Origin: an uncultured Bdellovibrionales bacterium
GTDB taxonomy: Bacteria > Patescibacteriota > Minisyncoccia > Moranbacterales > DUUL01
Assembly: GCA_964346295.1 (NCBI GenBank)
Contig: CAYFUG010000001.1
Coordinates: 20,325 to 84,324 of the forward strand
Length of the DNA stretch: 64,000 nt
Direction of reading: 5' to 3'
The notes under the pieces were generated by a model. The model worked only from the letters and a program-made list of their open reading frames with translations. It ran no database searches and was not told the origin of the DNA. Positions 19,744-29,616 of the stretch are shown here, in pieces; position 1 is the stretch's first letter; each line of letters begins with the position of its first letter. The position numbers and the translations under genes were made by a program.

Positions 19744-20449
19744 TTATCGCCTCCAAAACTTCATTAGTAACGAGTTAGTTACCACGCTCACCGAAGAAAA
19801 GGCCACTGCTAGAGCCGCTAAAGCTGGCTTGAGTAAAAATCCAAAAAAGGATACAGGAGACCGGCTGCCACCGGAATACCGATAGTATTATAAAAGAAAG
19901 CCTAAAACAGATTCTGCTTGATCTTCTTTAGAGTATACTGAGAAATTTCAATCGCCTCCCGAACATCTTCCAGGTTACTCTTCACTAAAACAATTTCTCC
20001 GGTTTCCAAAGCCACATCGGTACCGCTTCCTAAGGCAATTCCCGGGTCTGCTTGGGCTAAAGCCGGAGTATCGTTCACTCCGTCACCTACCATCGCCACC
20101 ACATAGCCCTGTTTTTGCAATTCTTTAATTTTCTCTGATTTATCCCGAGACAGTACCTCCGCTAAAACTTCTGCTACTCCCAGCTTTTCACCCAGTGCCT
20201 CCCCTACTCCTTTTTTGTCACCCGTAATTAAGAAAACTTTTTTGTTTTGCGCTTGCAATTTTTTAACCACTGCCTCCGCATTGGATTTAAGTTGGTCCAT
20301 AATTGCCAATACTCCCACTGCCTTACCTCGAGCCACCAACAAAGGCGCCTGCCCTTGCTGGGTCATTTTTTCAATTTCTTTTTTTATTTCCGAAGGAATT
20401 TCTACCTGCTCTTTTTTAAAAAACGCTCGTTACCTAGTAGTAATTTTTA
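19744..20449 (-). pseudogene. copA: C-terminal remnant of a heavy-metal (CopA-type) P1B-ATPase
   Basis: ITGD and MVGDGVNDTPALA; KQNLF*AFFYN has TAG at 19902-19904 in place of Trp, then continues IPVAAG...SSVSVVTNSLL; frameshift near 20415; the 5' portion of the gene is absent. Confidence 0.85.
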
Positions 20450-20596
20450 GCTTAATGGAAAAAATGTAATGCTATTTTCTTGAATTTTCTATTATTAAAA
20501 ACGGCCTTTCTCTGGCTGCTTTTAATAATAAACTCACTACATCACCAAATAGATACCCAACTAGATCGTCCGGTAGTCCTAATCTAAAACAGCTCT

Positions 20597-22116
20597 TTAC
20601 TCCTCCTTCTTTACAGCATCAAACCTGAGAATCAAATCTTTCTTAAGAATATCCTCATGAGTAAACTCACCTTCCTCTGTTTTTACTACTACTTTAATCG
20701 GCACATCTCCCACTCCCGACTGTTTCTGAATCTTGAGGCGATAATTCTCCTCCTTAAAGCGCTCCGGCAATTCGTAAGTGATTTCCGCCTCAGTTTGATC
20801 ATTAATCAAAACATGTGCGATAAAGCCAAAGTAATCCTTATTGTAATCCTCCTGAAGATTAGGATAGCTTACCATTTTGCGATCCAAAAGATTAGACCCC
20901 CGGGGAACGTACATCCGCAAATAAGTATGATAATCACTAGTGCGCCAATCCCCGTGAGTGGCCGTATGAGTGTAAGTATAATCTAATTTAGCGAGAGGTT
21001 TTTCGGCCGTTAAATCTACGGTGTAAAGAATTTCACGCTCCATATAATGGTCCGACTTCAAGGCTCCCATATTAGCATCTATCAGCATCAAATAATCACC
21101 CTCCCACTGCTCATCTACTTTGCCTCCCCAATTCACCTCCTCTACTAAGGCCTGGAGTTCGGGCTCTTTAAAGTGAATCATCACATCCTTGTTTCGCAAT
21201 TCTTCTAGGGTAAAATCGGCAATTTTTTTAATATTCCCTAACTTAAAAAGCTCCTCTACGATTATCGGGGCCAGTTTCTTGATTATCCACTTGCGGTTTT
21301 GAGTATCCAAATTTTCATTAAAAAGGTAGGGTTTTTCTACTTGCTCTTCTAACTTAGACACCGCATTTTCGCTGTTATACTCTCCTATTCCCGAGACAGT
21401 GATCGGACCGGTCAAACCCAGTACTCCATTCAGTACTTTGGCATTCACCGCGATCACCCCATCAAAATTGCTATTACCCCCCGAAAGACGATAAAAATAT
21501 TTAGCCTTCTCCACATTCCGAGGAAAATCCGCTGAGAAGTTAGAGTCTCGAAATTTCCATTTTTTGATCTGCATCATTCGCTCAAAGGGATAGGGCGGGG
21601 TTATTTTAGCCTCAATTCGTTGGTCCAATAGATTAGCATCTTCTACAAACAAGGAGGTCACTTCTCCGTTTTTTACCTTCACCACAGCGTATTGTCCTAA
21701 AAATCCTCCCCCCGGCCGCAATTCCATATTATTTTGCAACATCAATAAATAGCGCCGCTCCACATCATCTTTTTTCATAAAAACCTGGGCCAATTGATCA
21801 ATCACTTCCACTTCTTTTTTGGTATTTTCTTCCATCGGCAAAAATTTCACTACCTCGGTCATGGCAGAAAATACTTTTACTGCCACTACTTTCTTATCAA
21901 TCATCCCCTGCTTGTTCATCCAAAATAACACTCCTCCCCCCAAGATAGATAGCACTATCAACACCAAAAAGATTCGAAAGGATTTCCCTCGTCTTTTTTT
22001 TCTGTTAGCGGCAAAGCGGCCTTGGGGCTAGAAGATCTCAAATTAGAGCTAGAATTAGAAAAATTACTAGGATTACTTCGCAAGTTGCGATTGGTAAAAA
22101 TTCTTTGCTTATTCAT
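20597..22116 (-). CDS. DUF4012 domain membrane-anchored protein; N-terminus in another frame across an A8 tract
   Basis: YLLMLQNNMELRPGGGFLG, FRDSNFSADFP, DGVIAV, N...KSD and IQKQSG; ATG 22116 joins the main frame by a -1 shift at 21994-22001. Confidence 0.8.
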
Positions 22117-22452
22117 GAAAATGAGCTTGGTTTTAGTTTTCCTCTGGGAGCACTGTTTAATAATCAATTTTGCACTCAACAATTACTAACAAACAGAAAA
22201 GAAAGGTTGCGGATAATTTTTTGGTGCGTAAAATTGGCTAATAAAAAATAATTTCCTCGTAATAAAAACCACGAGGGAAGATTGCTCCTAGAAAGATTCC
22301 GTCTATTTTTAAGCTTACTTAAGCAATATACCAAAAAATCAAACCTTTGTCCAAATAGCTATCCGAGTTATCCACATCTCTATAAAACTCTGCCTTCTAA
22401 TGAGCCTTGCCTGGCTTATACCGAACGAATTAATCCCAAATACTTAAATGCT

Positions 22453-23472
22453 TCAAAAGGTAGTTTCTCGTAGTTCTTTTTCAATTTCTTTTTCCCACTG
22501 TTTATATTGCTTCCGACTCATTAAGCCGTTAGTAGCACCCAACTGAGTAATCACCCTCCGACTAGCAAGCATGGCCCATAGCATGGCACGCCTCAAGTCT
22601 GCCTTTTCTGAAAAACTAGTCAAAAATCCACTCACAAAGGCATCTCCCGCTCCTACTGTATCCGCTACTTTATTTTTATCCTGAATACTCGGCAAGTAAA
22701 AAGTCCACTCTTCGTTACTAGCGTAAGCTCCGGACGCTCCATCGGTGATTACAATATTAGCCACCTCCCATTCGAGGAACTGCTTTAATAATTTAGGCAT
22801 CTCGTCTTCTACTTGCCCTTTGACTCTTTGAATAATTTCTAAAGCTTCATCTCGATTAACAAATAAAATATCCACTTCTGCCAAAAACTTAACCAGTGCC
22901 TCCGATCCCTTTTCGATTTGGAAGCTAGAAGGATTCCAAGCAATCCCGGCTTTTTTATCTTTAGAGAATTCAATCACCTTTTCCATGTCTTCCTCCCAGC
23001 CCTCCTTTTGAGAGCCAATGTAAATCCAATCCACCTTTTCTCGAAACTTTTCTATTGCCTTGGCAACGTCAAAGCCCTCCACCGAATCTCCGGTTCGCAA
23101 AATTACATGATCATTGTGAGCTAAATCAGCAATTACTACGGATATCTGACTGTTCTGAGATCCTCCTTGCTGCATATAATTCTTTTTAAGCTTCCTGGCT
23201 CCAATTTGCTTGAGAATCCACTTTCCGGTTCCTCTTCGACAAGTCCGGGCCCAGATAAAGGCCCGGGTTCCTCCCTTAGTTAAACCACTCGCCACATTTA
23301 CTGCGCTCCCTCCCACTTCTTCTCGATATCCCTCTGCGTAAACCTTAGCCCCGAATTCTAATCCCATCAATTTCTTAGCCGTTAAATCCTCCGAGTTATC
23401 GATAATGGTAGTACGCCCTAGAGATAAAAACACATCCTTAGTAGCCGAACCCAGACAAATAATTTTTTTCAT
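22453..23472 (-). CDS. PfkB-family carbohydrate kinase
   Basis: GGSAVNVA, NRDEA, ITDG..GA and DTVGAGDAF motifs. Confidence 0.92.
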   Translation of the reverse strand: MKKIICLGSATKDVFLSLGRTTIIDNSEDLTAKKLMGLEFGAKVYAEGYREEVGGSAVNVASGLTKGGTRAFIWARTCRRGTGKWILKQIGARKLKKNYMQQGGSQNSQISVVIADLAHNDHVILRTGDSVEGFDVAKAIEKFREKVDWIYIGSQKEGWEEDMEKVIEFSKDKKAGIAWNPSSFQIEKGSEALVKFLAEVDILFVNRDEALEIIQRVKGQVEDEMPKLLKQFLEWEVANIVITDGASGAYASNEEWTFYLPSIQDKNKVADTVGAGDAFVSGFLTSFSEKADLRRAMLWAMLASRRVITQLGATNGLMSRKQYKQWEKEIEKELRETTF

Positions 23473-23498
23473 GATTGGTTATTTTAATTTTGTAACTA

Positions 23499-25589
23499 TC
23501 ACAACTTAAATTCTAACGAACCCAACATCTTCTCGAAGCTTTCCCAGTCAACCTTATCAGCCGGAGCCTTAGCGAAAAATGTTAGCTGGTAATTACCTAT
23601 AATTGTCCAGTACATAATGGTCTCCGGAGGATTTCTTTTAATAAACTCATTACTGCCCAAAACGATCTTTTCAAAGCCAGAATTCTCGCTCTGATTCTCA
23701 GTGAAAATCTCATAGAGCTTGTCAACCGATTTTTTTTCTTCTAATAATTTAACTCTAAACTCTACTATTTCAAAGCCATTAACAACAGAAAGATCGTCAG
23801 AAAGATCGTCGATTAAATAACGAGCGAAAGTTTTGCCTGGCTCCTGGGGGTAATTATTGATCCTTTTTATCAAATATCTTTTTTGCCCATCCATAAAGAC
23901 AAACTCATCATCCACTCCAAATTCTAGATCTCTTCTCCTTGAGTTGTAAGAGATGTCACCTCCCTGATTAACACTCTCATTAACCTCAGATAGCCCGATA
24001 CTCTCATCTTCGCCGCACTGTTCAATACTCATTTCCCTGGAATCAGGAGAGTCTTCTAAATAAACCTTTGGTATTTTTTTAGAATCTACTTCGGTAGGAT
24101 ATCTCTCAAGTATAAGCTCCTCATCAACAGACAATTTTTCCATGGTTTCTCCTCCTCCCATATTCCGAGATAAGCCTGTCTCGAGCTCTAAGAGCTTAGA
24201 AGGTCCACTACTGTAAGTCATAAATAGATACTTTTCGTCAATATTAAAAAGCGAATCCACTTCTGAAATGGGTCCCTTACTAGCCAATTGATAACTTTCC
24301 TTGGTTACCTGATCTAAGCTCTGCTTGATAATAAAATGATCTTTTCCTCTCATTACCAAATCATCTTCATTATCAATTTCAATTCCGTACTCCTCGGCCT
24401 TTACCGGACAATAAATCTCTTTTCCTATTAAAGCAAAACTCTTGCAAGGCGCCAAATTATCCAACTTAACTATCCTAGGACTACAAGAGTGAATATTTTC
24501 AGCCTTAAAAAATTTACTCCCTTTTTCTAGAATCGTAAAAATCAAAGTATCCTCATCTAGCAAGGCAAAGTTTTGATCTACTAGAATTGTATACTCACTA
24601 TTTTCCACTCCATCTATTTTATCCACAACCACTCTGCGACCTCCATTTTTAGGATCAAAAACCACTAAAACATCATGCTTAGAAGCCTCTGCCTCTTTTT
24701 GTTTATCAATAAAGCCATTAAACCTATAGCCACAAACGAAACTCGTCCCAGAAATATCCCATTTGCATAAGTCCGGACAAACCTTAATTCCGTCGAAAGT
24801 CTCCATAAAACAAAGCTCTGTCTTCTGAGATGGATTATCCACTGACAATAATTCTTCGCAATCACCATATCGACCATAATCCTCACAACTTACAAAGTAT
24901 TTTCCATTGGGAGAAATGTAACCAATGTTTTCTTTTCCAGAAGAAAACAATTTCTGCTTCTTGTTTCCATAAAGCCCACTTATCAAAATTTCCCCGCTCT
25001 CTTCATCCTCGCCCGGGTAAATAAAGCGGGCAACTGACTCCAAGGGCTTTTTAGTCTCATAAGCTTGCTGGAATTGAAGTCCTTGTTTAACTGCCGTTGT
25101 TCCAAGAAAAACAATCGCGATTATTATCAAAGCGACTAACGAAGCGGCAACCACAGAAGAAGACACTAGTACTCTTTTAAATTTTTTCTTATTCCTAGTA
25201 ATTAAGCCCCGCTTCTCCAAGATACTAACAACAACAAAAATAACCATGAGAGAACTCAAAAGAGGGAAAAAAGGAAAAAATAAAAATTCACCAGCAAAAG
25301 AAAACTTTAATCCGGTAACCAACATTACAAAGACAATCAGAGAATAAGGAATGCTTAAAACAAGAGCTTCCCACGGATCTTGGCCAAACATCAAAAAGTC
25401 AATAAATTTATAAATTAAAAAAACAGAAAAAGAGAGTGTCAGCAGCAAAACATAAATCAAAACAGTAAGCAAAATTCGCCCCTTTAAAGAGCTCTTCTCT
25501 GGGCTTTGTTGGGAACCTTCAGTTCTTGAACTGCTTTGACTAAGATTTTCTTTTTCTTCTTGCTCACTAAAATTTACTTGGTTTTCCAT
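23499..25589 (-). CDS. Membrane-anchored Cys-containing protein with probable beta-propeller (paralog 2)
   Basis: About 4 N-terminal TM, YISPNGKYFV, C-terminal KVDWESFEKMLGSLE; start chosen by homology to the paralog (MENQVNFS). Confidence 0.7.
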   Translation of the reverse strand: MENQVNFSEQEEKENLSQSSSRTEGSQQSPEKSSLKGRILLTVLIYVLLLTLSFSVFLIYKFIDFLMFGQDPWEALVLSIPYSLIVFVMLVTGLKFSFAGEFLFFPFFPLLSSLMVIFVVVSILEKRGLITRNKKKFKRVLVSSSVVAASLVALIIIAIVFLGTTAVKQGLQFQQAYETKKPLESVARFIYPGEDEESGEILISGLYGNKKQKLFSSGKENIGYISPNGKYFVSCEDYGRYGDCEELLSVDNPSQKTELCFMETFDGIKVCPDLCKWDISGTSFVCGYRFNGFIDKQKEAEASKHDVLVVFDPKNGGRRVVVDKIDGVENSEYTILVDQNFALLDEDTLIFTILEKGSKFFKAENIHSCSPRIVKLDNLAPCKSFALIGKEIYCPVKAEEYGIEIDNEDDLVMRGKDHFIIKQSLDQVTKESYQLASKGPISEVDSLFNIDEKYLFMTYSSGPSKLLELETGLSRNMGGGETMEKLSVDEELILERYPTEVDSKKIPKVYLEDSPDSREMSIEQCGEDESIGLSEVNESVNQGGDISYNSRRRDLEFGVDDEFVFMDGQKRYLIKRINNYPQEPGKTFARYLIDDLSDDLSVVNGFEIVEFRVKLLEEKKSVDKLYEIFTENQSENSGFEKIVLGSNEFIKRNPPETIMYWTIIGNYQLTFFAKAPADKVDWESFEKMLGSLEFKL

Positions 25590-25627
25590 TTTTTTATTTT
25601 TTCCTGAATTTATAATAGCATTCACAA

Positions 25628-27658
25628 TTAACGCTTTATCTCCAGCGAACCCAGCATTTTCTCGAAACTCTCCCAGTCCACCTTGTTGGATGGGTGCTTA
25701 ATCAAAAAACTAACTTGATATTTACCTGTTCTAATCAAATAAAAGGAAGTGTCTCTCTTAACATACTCATTGCCACCCAAAGTCAACTTACTATAATCAA
25801 AGTCAGTCCCATCTTCTTGTTGCTTGTTCAGCAAGTATCGGTAAAACTCCTCCGTGGAAGATTCCTCTTCTAAAAGATTAACTCTAACCTCTGCCATCTC
25901 AAAACCATTCACCACTGCCAGATCTTCAATTTGATAGAAGGCCAAAAACTCTTGATTCGCTCCTTGTTTTTTAAAAAGCCTTTTTATCGAATACCTCTCT
26001 TGACCATCCAAAAAAATCAACCCGTCATCCACTCCAAACTTCAGATCTTCCGGGCCAGAAGCCTGGGGATCGCTCGCCTCTCTTTCCGAGTTATAAGGGA
26101 TGTTCTCTCCTTGGTTAATGCCCTCATCAAGTTCGGACGAACCGGCATTCCTACCTTCCCTGCACTGTTCAATTTTTAGCCCCCTGGAATCAGAAGAGCT
26201 CTTTAAATAAGGTCGAGGAGTTTTCTTTTTATCCTCACTATTCTTAAATATAATCCCCTCATCCTCTTCCATGTAATCCTCCTCCCATTCAAATCCTCCT
26301 CCCAGATCCCTTACTAAACCACTCTCCGTTTCTATTATCTTGTAAGATCCTCCGTAGCGAGAAAGAGCGAAAATATACTTACCATCAACGCCAACAAGAA
26401 CCTCTGTCTCTGGGATTGGTGCCTTATTGATAACTTCAAAATCTTCTCTAGAGGCCTGATTCAAGCTTTGCCTAATAATAAAATGCTCGTAGCCCTTCAC
26501 TTCAAAATTATCCTCGTCGTTAATCTCAATTCCCTGCTCTTCGGCTCTCACAACACAATAAATGCCCTCTCTTTCCAACACAAAACTCTCGCAGTCAGCC
26601 AAATTTTCCAATTCCGTTACCTTGGGCCTACAAGAGTAAATGTCATCTAATTTCAAAAAACCTCCCATTGCCTTATTAATAATCAGAGAATCTTCGTCCA
26701 AAAAATCAAACCCCTTCACCTCGCCTGCAATACCAGCTCTCCCAAGGATTTCTATTTGCCTTCCCGTTTTAGGGTTGAATAAAAGTAACCCGTTTTTAAT
26801 ACTGCAAACTAAACTATTACTACCAGAGTCCCAGTCACAAAACTGGGGACATTTTTCAGTTTCACCGGAAGCTCCTTTTTGGCATAAATCAATTTTCTTA
26901 GAAGGATCCTCAGCTACATGCAATCCTTGACAATCCCCATACCTTCCATGGCCCTCATCACAACTTACAAAATATTTTCCGTTAGGAGAAATATAGCCGA
27001 TATTTTCTTCTCCGGAAGAAAATAACTTCTCTTTACTCTCTTCATAGATTCCACTTACCAAAATATCCCCACTCTCCTCGTTTACTCCAGGATAGATAAA
27101 GCGACTTTCAGATTCCACCGGCTCTCTGGTTTCGTAAGTTTCCTGGTAATAATCCTTCTCTTGCGATATGCCGAAAGACTGATTAAACTGAATAATCTTA
27201 TCAAAAATAAACACTACCGCACATAAAAAAAGCGGCACTGCCAAAATCCTATTAAATCTTTCCCGATTTTTAGTTATAATATGCGACTGCTCTAAAACGC
27301 TAACAATAAAAAAGATCATTGCCAGAGCTCCCAGTAGAAAAGCAAAAGGAAACAAATCAAAAATCGCCGCCCCTCCCCCAAATATCGGAACCACTCCTAG
27401 AACACCAATTAAAAAGACAGTTTGGACTATCTCACCAAAATCAGTCCGGAGCAAACCCCTATCCGGATCAAAATTAGCGAAAGCAAAAAGATATAAAACA
27501 ACTACAGCCAAGCAAAACAACGATACATATATTGCTATCGTCATCAATAACTTCCCTACAAAATCAAACTTCTTCTCTCTTGGTTGATTCCCCAATTGAA
27601 AAGAAGCAGGTTCTTTTTGCCCTTCTTCTTGATCACTAAAATTTACTTGGTTTTTCAT
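25628..27658 (-). CDS. Membrane-anchored Cys-containing protein with probable beta-propeller (paralog 1)
   Basis: MKNQVNFS, about 4 TM, YISPNGKYFV and KVDWESFEKMLGSLE shared with the neighbour. Confidence 0.7.
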   Translation of the reverse strand: MKNQVNFSDQEEGQKEPASFQLGNQPREKKFDFVGKLLMTIAIYVSLFCLAVVVLYLFAFANFDPDRGLLRTDFGEIVQTVFLIGVLGVVPIFGGGAAIFDLFPFAFLLGALAMIFFIVSVLEQSHIITKNRERFNRILAVPLFLCAVVFIFDKIIQFNQSFGISQEKDYYQETYETREPVESESRFIYPGVNEESGDILVSGIYEESKEKLFSSGEENIGYISPNGKYFVSCDEGHGRYGDCQGLHVAEDPSKKIDLCQKGASGETEKCPQFCDWDSGSNSLVCSIKNGLLLFNPKTGRQIEILGRAGIAGEVKGFDFLDEDSLIINKAMGGFLKLDDIYSCRPKVTELENLADCESFVLEREGIYCVVRAEEQGIEINDEDNFEVKGYEHFIIRQSLNQASREDFEVINKAPIPETEVLVGVDGKYIFALSRYGGSYKIIETESGLVRDLGGGFEWEEDYMEEDEGIIFKNSEDKKKTPRPYLKSSSDSRGLKIEQCREGRNAGSSELDEGINQGENIPYNSEREASDPQASGPEDLKFGVDDGLIFLDGQERYSIKRLFKKQGANQEFLAFYQIEDLAVVNGFEMAEVRVNLLEEESSTEEFYRYLLNKQQEDGTDFDYSKLTLGGNEYVKRDTSFYLIRTGKYQVSFLIKHPSNKVDWESFEKMLGSLEIKR

Positions 27659-27787
27659 TTTTTTCTACTTTTTATTTTCTAATCACAATCTTAAAGGCTT
27701 CTTCATTCCACTCAAAAAGCCTTGCTTTGTTATTGAATTGTTTAAATTTGACACCAAAATTTTCAAAATTTGAAAGCCTCACCCAAA

Positions 27788-29572
27788 CTAGCTTCGGTCA
27801 GTATAACTCGTATGCAAAAACTCCTCGGAAAGTTCCCCACCCGGCTCGCCCAGAAAATCCTTGTACAATTTTTTGATGGCCGGATTATCATGAGATTTAC
27901 GAAGCGGCATGTTTTTGTCCTTTTTGTAAATCGCCTCTAAGCGCTTCTGCCTCACCGCTGAAGTAGTGGGAATCGGCTGGCCGCCACCACCTAAACATCC
28001 ACCCGGGCAAGCCATTACCTCTACAAAGTGATAGTCGCACTCCCCTTTTTTAATCAACTCCAAAATCTTCTTGGCATTATGAATCTGATGGGCCACCGCC
28101 ACTTTAATCTCCAACGGCTCAGGTCGTCCCTTTCCTTTAGGAATAGTTACGGTGGCCTCCTTGATACCTTCTAAGCCACGCACCTTGTCAAAATCTAACT
28201 TCGGCAAATCTTGAGAGGTGATCTTTTCGTAAGCCGTTCTTAAGGCCGCTTCCATCACTCCTCCGGTGGCTCCAAAGATAATCCCCGCTCCTGAATACAA
28301 CCCCAGGGATTGATCAAATTCACTCTTTTTGAGTTTGGGTAGCTTGATGAAGCGCTTCTTGAGAGCTCGAGCTAATTCTCGAGTAGTCACTACCAAATCC
28401 ACATCCTGCAAACCATCTCGGCTCATCTCTTCTCGCTGGGCCTCAAATTTTTTACTAGTGCAAGGCATTACCGAAATACTGGCCAAATTTTCTCGATTAA
28501 CCTTTTTTTGATCAGCAAAAAAAGTTTTCAACAGTGCTCCCAACATTTGCTGGGGCGACTTAGCGCTCGAAAGATGCGGAATCATTTCCGGCCAGTATTT
28601 CTCCAGATATAAAACCCAAGAAGGGCAACAACTGGTAAACATTGGCAATTTCGTATCTTTACCCGCCAATAAATCCTCCACCCGGTGAATAAGCTCCGCT
28701 GATTCCTCTAGAATGGTCAAATCGGCCGAAAAAGTGGTGTCGAAAACATAATCCGCCCCCAGTTTTCTCAAGGCAGTCGGAAGCTGATCCTGGGCAAAAT
28801 GCCCCGGCTCTAAACCAAATTCCTCTCCAATCGTAAATCGCACCGAAGGCGCTACTTGAAAAATTTTAAGCCTGGATTCATCCTCTAAAATTTCGTCTAG
28901 GCGAGATAGATCATCCTTTTCAGTAATGGCTGCCGTCGGACATTGAATACTACACTGACCACAAAAAATACAATCCAGGGGCTCTTGATCCGGAGTGCCC
29001 ACCCGAGTTTGAATGGCCCGATGATGCATTCCGTAAGCTCCGACTGCTTGCACTTCTCGACAAACTTTGATGCAACGCCGACACTCAATGCAATATTGAC
29101 TATCGCGAGCAATGGAAGGATTAGCTTCATCCACTACTCGATTTTTTAAGCTTTCTTTGAGGGTTCTTAACTGATCCTCTTTCTCAAATACGCCGTAATT
29201 CGGGACCAACTCTTTAGTGTCTAGTTTCATCTCCTTAGCCATTTTCTGCAGCTCACAATTTCCGCTTCTCCTACACTGAGAGCACTTCCCCGCATGATCC
29301 GCCCACAAGAGCTCTAAGTTAATCTCCCGGGCTTTTTTGATCTCCTCATCTTCCGTGACTACTTCCATTAAATGTTCAGCGGGAGTATTACAAGAAGTCA
29401 CCAAGCCTCCCGTTTTATCGGTTTTCACTAAGCACATCCGACAAGCTCCCTCTGGCGCTAAATCGCCATGGTAACATAAAGTAGGGATAAAAACACCTTC
29501 CTTTTGGCAAACCTCTAGCACTGTTTGCCCTTGTTCGAAATCGTAGATTTTTTTGTTGATTTTTATTTGCAT
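27788..29572 (-). CDS. hydA: Group A [FeFe]-hydrogenase catalytic subunit
   Basis: [2Fe-2S] domain, H...C..C.....C, two [4Fe-4S] motifs; H-cluster motifs FTSCCPSW, MPCTSKKFE and EVMACPGGCLGGGGQP. Confidence 0.95.
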   Translation of the reverse strand: MQIKINKKIYDFEQGQTVLEVCQKEGVFIPTLCYHGDLAPEGACRMCLVKTDKTGGLVTSCNTPAEHLMEVVTEDEEIKKAREINLELLWADHAGKCSQCRRSGNCELQKMAKEMKLDTKELVPNYGVFEKEDQLRTLKESLKNRVVDEANPSIARDSQYCIECRRCIKVCREVQAVGAYGMHHRAIQTRVGTPDQEPLDCIFCGQCSIQCPTAAITEKDDLSRLDEILEDESRLKIFQVAPSVRFTIGEEFGLEPGHFAQDQLPTALRKLGADYVFDTTFSADLTILEESAELIHRVEDLLAGKDTKLPMFTSCCPSWVLYLEKYWPEMIPHLSSAKSPQQMLGALLKTFFADQKKVNRENLASISVMPCTSKKFEAQREEMSRDGLQDVDLVVTTRELARALKKRFIKLPKLKKSEFDQSLGLYSGAGIIFGATGGVMEAALRTAYEKITSQDLPKLDFDKVRGLEGIKEATVTIPKGKGRPEPLEIKVAVAHQIHNAKKILELIKKGECDYHFVEVMACPGGCLGGGGQPIPTTSAVRQKRLEAIYKKDKNMPLRKSHDNPAIKKLYKDFLGEPGGELSEEFLHTSYTDRS

Positions 29573-29616
29573 ATTTGAAAGTTACTTTTGAAAAATCTAA
29601 AAATAAGCAGACTCCT

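Noticed and set aside
19902-19904. In-frame TAG in copA as evidence of stop-codon recoding
   Set aside because: The gene has other lesions, and TAG and TGA terminate intact conserved genes in the window.
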